Assembly: GCF_000143415.4 (NCBI RefSeq)
Contig: NW_003314276.1
Coordinates: forward strand, 1,464,696 to 1,528,695
From: Selaginella moellendorffii
Taxonomy: Eukaryota; Plantae; Lycopodiophyta
Direction: 5' to 3'
DNA: 64,000 nt
The stretch's first letter is position 1. Each line of letters starts with the position of its first letter. The position numbers and the translations under genes were made by a program. The notes beneath the pieces are model-generated. The model was not told the origin of the DNA, ran no database searches, and saw only the letters and a program-made list of their open reading frames with translations. Positions 1 through 11,668 of this stretch are shown piece after piece.

Positions 1-774
1 ACCCCTAAGCCCCAAAGTGGAGCCAAGAGGGTGCCACGTGGTAGTGACCATAAAAGCTCCAACTTGAAAAGTCAAGAGCAAAAATGGAACTCCTAACAAA
101 GTGCTCAAGAAATGAGCACAAAACAATCAATAAGTGAGCCTCTAGAAAAAGAACACAAGACAATCAACATATAACATGTGGAAGTGTCAAGATAGACCCG
201 AGATGGACTTAAGAGGGAGTTCAAGGAGTCCAAGATGGAATTCAAGTTGGAGTCTAAGATGGACCCAAGATGGAGTCCGAGATGGAGTTCAAAAAAGAGT
301 CTGAGATGGAGTCCGAGATGGAGCTAAAAAAAAAGTCTGAAATGGAGTTTAAGTAGGAGTTCAAGATGGCATCTAAGATGGAGTCCAAGAATGAGTCCAA
401 GATGGGAGTCCGAGATGGAGCTCAAGGTCAAATTGTGGTCAGGGGATAACCACTCATAAATGACTAGCCCAATCTTTGGGAGATAGGTTTATAATATAAG
501 TGGTCTTGGATTACCAATGAGACAAAGATGAATGAATATAGCTTTAGTGTAATGGGCTAATATGTCAATGGTATCTTTAGATGTCTGTAGTAGGATTAAA
601 TATATGAAGCACTTGGACCGAATACAAAAGGTTGAGTGGCATAGATGTCATTTATGGGGCTAGTATGTCCCTAAATTGGGAGTAGGACTTATGAAGGTTG
701 TGAGTGAGAGTCCTCCAAGTGGTCAAAGGTGTGGTTAAATGCGTAAAGTAAAATGGAAAATTTAGTCGCTTACA
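1..774. mobile_element. Putative end of a long LTR (terminus ...TTTAGTCGCTTACA) containing the 12-bp array
   Basis: Non-coding, tandem-repeat-bearing block ending in TTACA; last 14 bp match 13/14 the terminus of the solo LTR at 53299-53493. Other end lies outside the window. Confidence 0.3.
195..425. repeat. Imperfect 12-bp tandem repeat (consensus GAGTCC(A/G)AGATG), roughly 15-19 units
   Basis: Repeated gagtccaagatg / gagtccgagatg / gagttcaagatg units visible directly. Confidence 0.85.
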
Positions 775-1114
775 CAAGTATATACACAAGTTTTACAAAA
801 TGTTAATAAAATGCTAATCAAACATTCCCAACTTGATCTACTCTGACATATTTTGCTCCGCACGAAATAAAAGGCTTTAAAAACAAACCCTAAATTACAT
901 CACTGACTTAAATAGCCCTTGACAAAGACAATGCAATTGTTAGAAGGCATCATTATAATCGTTAGCATGTAAATATGCATTTAAAGACATTTGGGAGAAT
1001 GTTTTAATCCTCATGAATAGTTGCATTTAAACCATTGTACCATTGTAGTGCCATCCCTTAGAGACACGTTAGAAACTTATGCAAATTCCAAGCATCATCC
1101 CAAAAGTGATATAT

Positions 1115-1553
1115 GGCAATCATTGTAAAGTGATTGAACTAATGGTACACGTAATCCTTATGAAAGAACTCTAACCAAACATGAGGATTGATAGCAAAAG
1201 TAAGAAGAGCTATACCATGCACTATGAATGTTGTTATCAATTAAGTTTTATTGTTCAACTACAACTACATAGCATTAAGTATTTATACTAACTACTACTC
1301 TAGAATCAAAAGAGGAGGAGGCTATTGCTCTGCCATAAAAATGAATTAAAAGATAAAAACAAAAGAGAAGAAATTGAAAATGTTATAAGAAAAGGGAGAT
1401 TTAAATGATACAAAAGTTAGATCTAAAACAAAACCCCAAATCCAAGCACTCCTAAGGGACAATCAAAGTTGCCCCTCATCTCCATTAATGTGAGTGCATA
1501 AAATATGAAAATTAAATATAAAAATATGCATATTAATCACCCTAGCTTATATA
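1115..1553 (-). mobile_element. Gypsy family A: partial 5' LTR (1489-1553), PBS and leader, minus orientation
   Basis: 1489-1553 is the reverse complement of the 3' half of the LTR at 3782-3953; 1160-1488 aligns with 55635-56023; minus strand reads LTR-TTAATGGAGATGAGGGGC, similar to a tRNA-Ala PBS (TGGTGGAGATGCGGGG). Confidence 0.75.
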
Positions 1554-3953
1554 TGGGGAAGTGCGTGTTTGGATCCAAGGACACAAGTTATCTTGGGTAC
1601 CGTATTTCTCGTGTGGGTTTGCAAGTTAATCCTGACAAACTTATGGCTATTCTAAAGTTCCCTACTCCAAAGTGTGTGAATGATGTGCAGCGCTTCTTGG
1701 GCAAGGTGCAGTATCTCAGGCATTTTGTGGATCATCTTTCTGATCGCACTGCACCATTGTGAGCGTTGCTGAAGTCATCAATATCATCTTTCATTTGGTC
1801 TCCGGATTATGAGCAGGCGTTCGGGGATCTCAAAAAGTTATTAACAACTCCTTCGGTTTTGGCATATCCTAACTACACTCGACCTTTTATTTTGCACATG
1901 GATGCTTTTGACATTGATCTTGGAGGTGTGTTAATGCAAGAGAGCTCGAGTGTGCCTGGTTAGTGCCATCCCATTGCATATATAAGCCGTACATTACAAC
2001 CAGCGGAGATGAACTACTCCACAACAAAGAAAGAGTGTTTAGCTGCAGTTTGGGGTTTTGAGAAACTTCATGCATATCTACATGGTTCTCGGACGTTACT
2101 TGAAGGTGACCATGCTGCTGTTACTTTGTTATTTAAGTGAAAGAACCTGGTTGGTCATACTGCTTGGTGGGCTTTGAAGCTTTAGATATATGATATTGAT
2201 GTTGTTCACCGCCCAGGGAGTTCTATGGCTGATGCTAATGCCCTTTCTCAAACTCCTCTTCCTTCTTCATTCTCTTCTCATGTTTCTGACAAGCCTATCG
2301 TTCTAGCATCTGTGGATTTTCTAGATGAGGATTCTATGCTGTCGGCAGTTGCTGTACTTGACGTTCAGTGTCCACAAGGTGCAAAGCAAGATCTAGCTTC
2401 GCTTGATGAGGTTCGCAAGGCTCAAAAGATTAAGCCATGGATTTGAAGGCTTCGAGATGGGTTTGAGAATTTTACACCACTTGCTGATGACTTACCTTTC
2501 CGGCATTTACATTCTCAATATCGTCTTGAAGGTGGCCTTCTTTATTTTGTGGGGACAGATCCTGATGATCATTTACAGCTGGTGGTGCCTTCTATCTTTA
2601 TTCCGTGGTTTCTCCATGTCTACCATAATTCTCCTGTTCTAGGTGGGCATATGGGACATCGTCGTGTAATCGAGAAGCTACGCAAGTCTTTCTAACCGTC
2701 CTTCCGCAGCCCGAGGGGGAGTATTACGAGCTTGGCACCAAACGCAGCTACGCACATACCGGATAATATCACGTTACATCTCCAGCCAACAATTGCAATT
2801 TCCCGTCCATTTGAGTTGGTGGCATTTGATCTTATGGGACCTTTTCCACGGTCAACTGCTGGCAATGAGTATGTTATTATTGCTTCTGACTATTTGACTT
2901 GTTGGGTGGAAGTTGGTGCTCTTGCTAGCACCTCTGCAACTGCTGTTGGATACTTCCTCCTCAATCGAGTGGTGTTCCAGCATTCTTGTTCAGAGCGGAT
3001 TCTTTCGGATAATGGTCCCGCATTTATGGCTGAGGCATTTCATGTTTTGACGTCTCGGTTGGGGATTTGCCACACTGTCACGAGTGCTTATCATCCACAA
3101 TCAGATAGTCTGGTGGAACGGCTTGTTCGGACGTTCAAGGGGATGATTGCGAAGTATGTGAACTTTCAGCATTCGGATTGGGATGGTTATTTGCCGTCTC
3201 TTCGGTATGCATATGTCACTAGGGTGCAGAGTCCTGTTGGTGCTTCACCATATAAACTCCTATATGGTCATGATCCAATATTACCAATGGAGCTAGGTTT
3301 ACCTTCGTGATTGCCACGAGCTGCGGATGCTAAGTCATGGGATTAATATTTGACAAGCATTCTTCCACTTATCCGAGCGGAGTCTACTGAACACTTAGGC
3401 CGCGTACAAGTAGGACAACAACGGCGCTACAACTCCTATCATCGTCCACCTGCAGAGTACAAAGTGGATGATTTGGTGTTAGTCCGTTTTCCCCATCTTA
3501 CGGTACGTGGTTTATCTAAAGGGCTCCTTGCACAGTGGAAAGGACCATATTGGGTGTTGCGGCAAGTTGGACCACATTTATGAGGTTCGGCATGACGTCC
3601 AACAGGCCGATCTTCTAGAGATTGTGCATGTGCAGCGGTTGAAACACTTCATACAAAGGGATCAAGAGCAGTTAATACCATCTATAAATCCGCCGATGCC
3701 TCCTCCTGATGTTCCTCCAAATCCCGGCCTGTCTACAAGAGAACCCTGATGGTCTTTCATTATTCCGAGAGGAGGGGATGATGTGAGGGCCAAGTGTATG
3801 GCTACGATGCTGTATACTAATATTAGCGTAGTGGGATTTTGGTAGTTGGATTAGTTTCAATCCGGACCACTCGCTCTTGTATATAAGCTAGGGTTTTTGG
3901 GCTAATTGATATGCACATTTATGTATTCCCTTTCCATATTCCAAGCACTCACA
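1554..3953 (+). mobile_element. Gypsy family A pol remnant (RT C-terminus, RNase H, integrase) plus PPT and 3' LTR
   Basis: KCVFG..YLGY, VQRFLG, LAYPNYTRPFILHMDA, FDLMGPFP, SDNGPAF, YHPQSD..VER, WKGPY motifs broken by stops and frameshifts; PPT GAGAGGAGGGGATGA then 172-bp LTR TGTGAG...CTCACA at 3782-3953. Confidence 0.93.
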
Positions 3954-4329
3954 ACTTGTAATATATATAAAAACTAATACTCCAAAAAACTGAAAAATAA
4001 ATTTAAATATAGATAATCACAATGAATAAATATTGATCTTTTATTTGTAAGAACCACTATATATATTACTATTAACTAAAGTACTTCACAACAAAATAAA
4101 CAAGATAAATATTATAAATTTAAGAAAAAACTTTAAAGATAAAAAGTTTTACATTTATAAAACAAATTAATTATAAATTTATAATATAATTTTTGTTTTT
4201 TTTTATGTTATTTTTAAAATAAAATAAAATAATCTATTAAACTATTATTTTTCCTATTATATATTAGCATAAGGAAAACAACTTTACATAATTAGTCATT
4301 TAAATTTCATTTACCTTATAAATTTCCAG

Positions 4330-4752
4330 ATGAAGTCTTTTAAGCTGAAGATAAATATTTTTATAGTTAATTTATTTTTATTATTTTTTAGTTCTACTTC
4401 TATTGAACGTTTTATTATTAATAGAATAGGATACTCTATCTATCCATCTTGTGCATCAAAAGATGATAATATAATCCCAGGTAATTTAAATGATAGACAA
4501 AGATTTTCATTCAAGTTTGGAACAAGATGGATTGGTCGTACTCAATTTTGGTGTGATTTTAAAATTAATGATGGACCTTATAAAGAAAATTCAATAAGTT
4601 TTTCTGTTTATGTTCAAAATAGTAATAATGAATATGAAGAATCGGAGTATATAGAGTATTATATATTTGGATATGGAATTTTTGAAACTCATAAACATTA
4701 TGGAAGAGAATGGTCTATACCTAAGAAAAGATTTAATTTAGAATTTTCATAA
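4330..4752 (+). CDS. S-protein homologue (SPH / plant self-incompatibility S1 family) small secreted protein
   Basis: Hydrophobic N-terminal signal peptide, then CASKDD..PGNLNDRQRFSFKF...TQFWCDF, matching the CxSKDD...FxFxF...TxFWC SPH signature; intronless, 140 aa. Confidence 0.8.
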   Translation: MKSFKLKINIFIVNLFLLFFSSTSIERFIINRIGYSIYPSCASKDDNIIPGNLNDRQRFSFKFGTRWIGRTQFWCDFKINDGPYKENSISFSVYVQNSNNEYEESEYIEYYIFGYGIFETHKHYGREWSIPKKRFNLEFS

Positions 4753-5303
4753 TTTATTTATTTCTATATACTATTTCACTAGTTTAGTTGTGTTAAATTT
4801 TAATTAGAAAAGTTTAATAAAAATATAATTCTATATTATTATAGATTTTATTAAATTTTTTATCATATTTAAAAATTGGTATCCAAATATTATCTTATAA
4901 TCTCAATATCCTGATTTATGATTGAGTAGAAACATACACCTCCTGCACTTTATTATATTATTGACAATGAAGTAGACATGGCTACATGTCTACTCATAAA
5001 CCTCTCATTTTTTAGGGTTGCTAATCACACTGAGCAAAAGAGATGTACTCATACTCTAATTGACAACCTCTCATTTTATAATGTTTATATTGCTAACATG
5101 CTAAGGTTCAGAGCATAATGAGCACACGACAGCAAAAGGATTAGTGAGACAAGAAGTACAATGCAATGTTAAGATAAAGACTATTATTGTAAAAACATTG
5201 TAATCTTACATTCACAACAATTTATAGTGGTTTGAAAAGTATCATTGTTTCTTCCTGGGTCTCCCTATTCAAACTTAATCAAGTTTATCTTACAATAACT
5301 TAC

Positions 5304-7723
5304 TTAAATGTTGTTTAGGATGTTCTTGGATGAAGTCAGACGCGAAAATGACGCAATAAATCGGCTCTAAACAAAACAAACGAGAAAGACAAAGTGAAGC
5401 TCTGCAGCATATCAGAAGTGTCCGAAGTTACCATTTGAAACAAGACCATGGTCCACCAGCAGCTGCTTAGGCCGAAGCCAAGCTTGTGAAATACCTGTTC
5501 ATGCAAATGTGTATGATTCTTAAACCAGGTGATGTTTGCTTTCTTACCAGCATAAGTACAGTTCCACACACAAAAGCAAATGCCATGTTAATCCCCAGAA
5601 AATTCAAATCCCCGCTAGCCTGTGAATGCCAACGTTATTTAAACCCGATAGTTATCTCAGTACATGCAAATTATACCAGAAGCGTTCCTTCGAGAGCGAG
5701 GGCTGGCGGAGTCAGCGCTATGCTGAAAAAGAACGGTGTGACGACGGTGTGCATCTGCGGTGCACCAGAGAGTATCATATCAGTTCCATAGCATGATAAT
5801 CATCGCCCACCTTTTCTATGATTGCGGAATCATTTGTAAAGAGCTGCGGAAGGAAGACTGGAATCGAAATGCCTACAACCGCTGAAGCTATTCCTAAAAC
5901 CACGCCGCTGGCGAGGAGCTTTTGTAGCAGCCTTCGTGCCTGCAAAGGATGGAGGAAAAGTTAGGTCAAGAACACAAACGAGATGCACGAGACTTGCCTG
6001 TTTATGTTGGCCACCACAAAGCAGTCCGGGCATGAAAGACTGTGCAGTCTGAGCCAGGGGTTCTCCCCAGACCGAAAACAATGAAAATACCCCAACCATA
6101 ACCTGTCAGGCATCTAAGTCATGCGAAAATGAGTAACCAGGAAAAAGATGTTGTGATCGACCTGATGAGCAGCTAGAGTCACCGCGCCTAGTGAAGTTGC
6201 AAAAAATGTGATACTTGTGTAAAAAGCTACCTACAGGATATAATGTTAATGCTTTGGAGCTCACTGTGTCACACTTACCTTGGACAGCATCGTCAAAAGG
6301 ACCGGACCCGTTATTTTGATCATTTGAGCGAGGTCTTCCATGCGAGGGACTTTGATCGCCAGGGGATCATAGCCCTTGTCTTTCAGTGACTTTAGCGTCA
6401 GGAACCCCCCAACATACTGCAAGCACAAAGTATCAGAACAAGCTTTCAAACTTTATCATCAAGTGCTAGATAAGTTTGCGAACCTGCGCTAGCATTGTCG
6501 CCCAGGCCGCACCAGCAATACCGTATCCAAGAAATGTGCACAGCAGGACGTCTCCTACAGCGTTGATGAGGCTTACGACTGCTAGCACTTTGAGAGGGCT
6601 TACCGAGTCCTGCATCCCCAAGCTAAGGAAAAGAAGAAGAAGAAGAACCTTAAAACGTTTGCATGGCTGATAAGAATGATCAAGAGTGCACATACCTTGC
6701 ACCTTGCCCAACCATCGTAACCAGCACTGCCGGCCAAGCGAAAGCTCTAATCTGAAACATTGCTCAAGCCATAATTTCAGAACATAAAACCTTTTGCGGA
6801 TCTTACATCAACGTAGCACGCGGCCGCAGGAATAACCGCAGTGTTTCCCCCAACAAACGCTGCAAGAACACCGATTTTGCTATCGTCTTAAGAACACCTC
6901 GAGAGACGTACCATGAAGCATCGTTCTGGACGAAAGCTTGATCACAGTGAACATCACCACGCCACAGGAAACCGCAACGAACAGAAACCTCGCTAGATGG
7001 TTTGCTGCCTCCGTTTCGTCCTGGGATGGCGAATTCACGCCGAAGATAATGCTCATCAAGCAACACTTCCGTGAATACCTTTTTCGCAAGCGATATTGCC
7101 ACAAGATTTGAGATGGCAACTGACAAGAACAGGAAACAATAGCCCAGCCCATCGCAAACCACCGTTCCAGGTCCTGGAAAACGAGAGACCATGGATGAAA
7201 CAAGTATATGGTTTGAACTTTACGTACCAAGAGCGGCCAGTTCTATGGAACTCGTGATGCCGACCACGCTCGTATCTATCAGACTCATAATCGGACCAGA
7301 TAGCCATATCCCCAGAGCTGGACCTGCAAATGCAAAGATCTGGCGCATTTCCTCGACCAGATTCGTGCTATCATCGTCTTGAAGGAAAGCCGGTGCTTCA
7401 GGTGCGTTATCTTCGAGAATAGTAGCAGTGCTCGCAACCTTGAGCAGTCCTTCTGTTGCTTCGATGGCGTTGTCTCCAGAAACGTAATACTTGACAGGAT
7501 CATTGCTCGCTGGAGGCAAATCCCTCTCTGCCAAATCCCTCTCTTGGAATTCGGCAGTGGTGGCATTCTCCGGCTCGAGACAGCGCCACCGCTGCTTACC
7601 TCTCACTCTGACCAGAGCAATGCGATTGAGGCCACAACGCCGCGATCGCCCATCTGCAAATCTATGCAAATGGGATGCGAATTCCGCCCTAGCGGTCCAG
7701 AGACGCAATGGGGCACACTCCAT
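5304..7723 (-). CDS. Plastid MATE efflux protein, DTX46/EDS5(DTX47)-like; about 14 exons
   Basis: Transit-peptide-like N-terminus; [61 protein letters not shown]; last exon 5366-5304 [20 protein letters not shown]. Confidence 0.92.
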
Positions 7724-7899
7724 AGCTATCGAATGGCTCTAGCGATAGAACAAAGAAAAAAATCACTGAAAAGCTGTGATCCGAGGTGAGATTCACTGAA
7801 ACCACTATGAGCGCTCTTTAGCCTCGTCCAAGCTGACAAGGAATTGCCACTCGATCAGACAAATGTGTGAAAGACGTACCGCCATTGAAACTCAATCCC

Positions 7900-7930
7900 G
7901 GATAAGGCACGTGTACAATACGTGGCATGC
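7900..7930. promoter_or_regulatory. I-box (GATAAG) + G-box (CACGTG) + ACGTGGC module upstream of the MATE gene
   Basis: ggataaggcacgtgtacaatacgtggc about 180 bp upstream of the ATG. Confidence 0.45.
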
Positions 7931-8236
7931 GTATCTATACACACACACAAAGTGTAAGTTGGTTAGAAAAAACAAGGAGAAACTCGTTTCTCTTGAGCTT
8001 TCTATTGAGAAATTCTTTTACAGTGCGAGTGTCGCGCTCTTGGGACAAGAATTCTATCATCACCGTGTTTCACATGTAAATAACTATGCAAGAAAACACA
8101 GAAATATCGATATGACAGACGAGCAAAACAATGCATAGTATAGTTGTTCAGCGACACAATCTCAGAATCATCAACGCGGAAAATCCTGTAACTATCTGAA
8201 AGAAAACTTATTTTTCCCTGAGATCTCGATTGGTTG

Positions 8237-10400
8237 CTAGAGAGTAGACAAGAAGCGCGCACGTTGAGAAGCGACTTTTCCTATGTGGAGGTGGACGACG
8301 TCTATCCCCGACTCAGGCCCGAAATCTTTCACTGTTAAAGAGTTCAAACGGATGTAGATAAGAAAGCAAAAATCGAAGAGCATGAGATAGTACCTCTTGA
8401 TTCGGAAGCTTTTGTCGAACTTCGCGAGGTGATGATGATTGGCCGGAAGCGGATGAACCTGGACCCGAACAGCAGCCAAGTCACTCACGGTCTTCATCGA
8501 GTATCTCTTAAGTCGATTTTAGAAGCTAGTTCAGGATAATCCGCGCGCATGGCCGACTTTCTTGACGACTGAGAAACTACCTACTGGCTTTACACCGTTT
8601 CGTCTCGTTTATGGTCTTGAGGCTATACTTCCGATCCAATTATGTATCTTTTCCAGCCTCAGCGCAGATCAACTTGCGCGAACCTCCGTTTGCCTTGAGG
8701 ACGCGATTTGAGGTGTGATATCCCCAGCTTTATAGTCAGATCCGCTACAACTGCTCCCAAGAAATAAGAAATGGGATCCTCGAGCCTGGAACACCAAAAC
8801 GACAACAAATTGTTATTGTAAAGAAAATTTGCCTTGGTTTGCTGGTCGGCAGCAGTGCAAGATCTAGCCTCCGCCCATTTTATGATGCTATCAGTCACCG
8901 CAATAATGTAAGCGTGACGATTAGAAGCCAAGGGATATGGACCCGAATAGTCCAAACCCAAGTGCGGAAAGGGACCCTCCGGCTCAATATGAATGGCGGA
9001 CTGCTTGAAACCGTTGACAAGAATGGCAATACTGCAGAGCCTGTCTATAAATGTAGCTCACAGAATTTTCTTGCTCGTGTTCATCGCTGCGAAATGACCT
9101 CGGAGAATTTTAAGCAAATCCTCATACCAAGGACGTTAAACTAGGAAGACTGGACTGGTGGTTGCTGAGCCGCAAGCTGATCATTCGGCGCGTATGGTGA
9201 TACTAAGAACGTGTCTTGTTCTTGTTGGTCAACAACTTGGAGTTGAAGGATCCAGTGTGCGTGTTGGCCCTGTAGTACTGGTCTACTCAGCAGATAAGAA
9301 AGCCGAAATGTGAAGTTGGAATGGCGGTCTTCCTTCGATCTCAAGTAATGGTGAAGCTTTTGAAAAGCAAAGGCGATGGCCATGCAATAACGACCAAATC
9401 GAAATTTCGCCAGCTCCGGTTTTCAAGATTTCAACCAGTAAAATAAAGAGCCGACAGTGCTATCGAGGAGAAGGCACGTGAAATACCTTGACATAAAGTG
9501 ATATTGATGATCTCCTGATGTACAGCCACAAAGAGGTGGAATTGTTAAGTGAAATCTAGTGGCTCAAGCGCAATGGAAGAGCATCTAGTAAACGTTCATA
9601 TGCTTGTTGACACATAAAGAGAGCAGAAGATCATAAAAGATTATAAAGCAACTTGGGAATATTAAGGGGAAATGGAGCATGGCAAAGTTGCTCAATCTTG
9701 GGCTTATATATCTCAATTCCACGAGCACTAACAAGGTGTCCCACTAGTTTGCCGTCAGAAACAGAAAACTTGGCGGAGTTGACTGATACGAATATCATAA
9801 GAACTCCCAGTTACACGATTATGAGTCGTGGAATGTGAATACCATAAGACGTTGAAAAGATGCAGGACCGTTCATAAAATCTTCAAGGTGTCTGGAAAAC
9901 GGCCTTCAGTTGATCTCTGGATTTGATTGTAGCCTGAGTAAGGAACATCATGAATATCCAGAATAAATAGAATAATCACGAATAGTCGCAATTGCGTATG
10001 TTGCCATTAGCTTTACGTATTGGAACAATGGAAGATACTTAGTCAGCCACCTCCATAGGACAGATAAATTTTATTTGAAAGAGTTACAATTCTTGCTTGA
10101 TAAGCGGCTCCAACATGGGATTGATCTTGCAAGCTGCTTGTTGAACCAGGATCATGCCTTAGATGTAGAATAACACTGGGATCCACACCTTTCAAGTTGT
10201 GATAGTACATCCAAGAACTCTCGAAAAAGAGACTAGGAAGGATGGTGGTGCAATATTCAACTTCGTTAGAAGGTTCCTTCCCCAACAAATGATAATGAGA
10301 ATATAACTTATCCAGAGGAAAATAATAAAACTTCTGATAGTAGAAGAACAGGAGAAGAAAGTGAACCGTGTGTAATCCACAACGCCAATTCCAATAATTC
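8237..10400 (-). mobile_element. Heavily decayed Ty3/gypsy pol remnant, family B (RT, RNase H, integrase)
   Basis: GLDYSGPYP..AYIIAVTDSIIKWAEA (integrase); AIAFAFQKLHHYL and HWILQLQ (RNase H); LKGVDPSVI (RT N-terminus); TGFTPFRLVYGLEAILPIQ present inverted at ~8511-8657. Confidence 0.8.
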
Positions 10401-10787
10401 TATGCCTAAAATATACTTGGATTAAATTTATATTTATAGTTTATAAATATGTTTATATTTTATAAACTTTCCTAAACACTTCCTAATCAAAATTATTACT
10501 TTTTATAAATTACAAATATTTTATAATTATTGATTAATTGGATTAATAAATAATAATAAATAAGAAGTAAATATTTATTTATTTTTCCTTGTTAAAAAAT
10601 CATCATTCTATAAAGTTAAATTTCAGGCCATAAAACTCTCCTCGCTTGTACACCCGTGATTTCCATCGAGAAATCATCCAGCTTAGCATGGGAGCAAATC
10701 CACAAGCGTGCGATTGTCCACAAACTTCCACTCATACTTTGCTTCCATCAGAATAAACACAAACGCGAATGTCAATTCCTGACTGTC

Positions 10788-11080
10788 ATGTCCATCGTGG
10801 TTTTTTTCACGCTTCTCGCATTGTCTGCTATCGGAGAGATTCACACCATAGTGATCTACACAGGGTCAATGTCTATCCATGCATGAAGGATGGTGAAGGG
10901 GATAAGAAAGACAAAATCCACGTTGGTTGTCGATTCAGACGCGAAATTCTATTGCTTGAAGCTTGCGTGGAGATTTTCATCAAGTAAATTCATTTTCCAT
11001 GATTCCGTTCACAGATGCCTTGTAGCTGTGTGGGACTAGACAAAGTGGCTACCATGCTTCGCAGGAGAAATTTGTACAAA
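10788..11080 (+). pseudogene. Frameshifted small secreted-protein gene (possibly SPH-like)
   Basis: MSIVVFFTLLALSAIG signal peptide then EIHTIVIY; frame breaks and stops follow. Confidence 0.3.
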
Positions 11081-11103
11081 GACTTAAATCCTTCCAAGTT
11101 TTC

Positions 11104-11493
11104 CATTCTTCTTGTGGTGATTGAGCCGGACTAAGATCTTCTCACGGCCATGGCGGTGGTGCTCATGGTATGCTTGGATTCGCGTGGTCTTGGGGCCCGT
11201 TGGTGTGGCTGGTCGCCAGCGAGATCTTCCCAGTCGAGGTTCGCTCCACAGGCCCAGAGCATGACCGTGTGCACCGATCTCTTTTCACTTTAGCCATGGT
11301 CCTTCCTCAAGTATAAACTCTCATCCTTTACACGGAACTCCTCGTCCCCATGACGCTCTTTGCTTCATTGCTTCTGCCCGAGAATAAAGGAATTCCAATC
11401 GAAGAGTTGAGTGGGTTGTGGAAGAGGCATTCTGGAAGAGATTTGTATAGCAGAGAAAAAAAAAACAGGATTGACTATGTCAAGCCCTTGACT
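11104..11493 (+). pseudogene. Inverted partial copy of the STP gene's last exon and 3' UTR
   Basis: Reverse complement of ~13930-14382 ([32 protein letters not shown]) with deletions; includes stop and 3' UTR. Confidence 0.9.
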
Positions 11494-11527
11494 AACATTT
11501 AAGAATTTTTGTTGACTCAAAACTCAT

Positions 11528-11668
11528 TCGACATACGCGGCCGTTGTTTCGGCGTGCTCCCCTCAAACGTTTCGACAAGGCAAGGCTGTTCACAGGAGGA
11601 TCATCGAGTGTCAACTGGAACGACTGCCGGATATTGTCGTCGCGCTTGTCAACATGTACATAGTTTGA
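11528..11668 (+). pseudogene. PLS-class PPR gene fragment
   Basis: STYAAVVSACS...QGKAVHRRII...VALVNMY, typical L/S PPR motif; no start codon. Confidence 0.75.

Noticed and set aside
195-425. CRISPR-like array
   Set aside because: Contiguous 12-bp tandem units without unique spacers, in a eukaryotic context
4971-4994. 10-bp perfect hairpin as a Helitron 3' end
   Set aside because: No CTRR terminus at the expected distance on either strand
5402-5431. 30-nt intron or the ORF-track ending of the MATE gene
   Set aside because: The acceptor before 5366 gives [10 protein letters not shown], matching the family C-terminus, with a normal-size intron
11118-11138. 17/21 match to miR171
   Set aside because: No star arm or hairpin nearby; partly derived from STP coding sequence; plausible by chance
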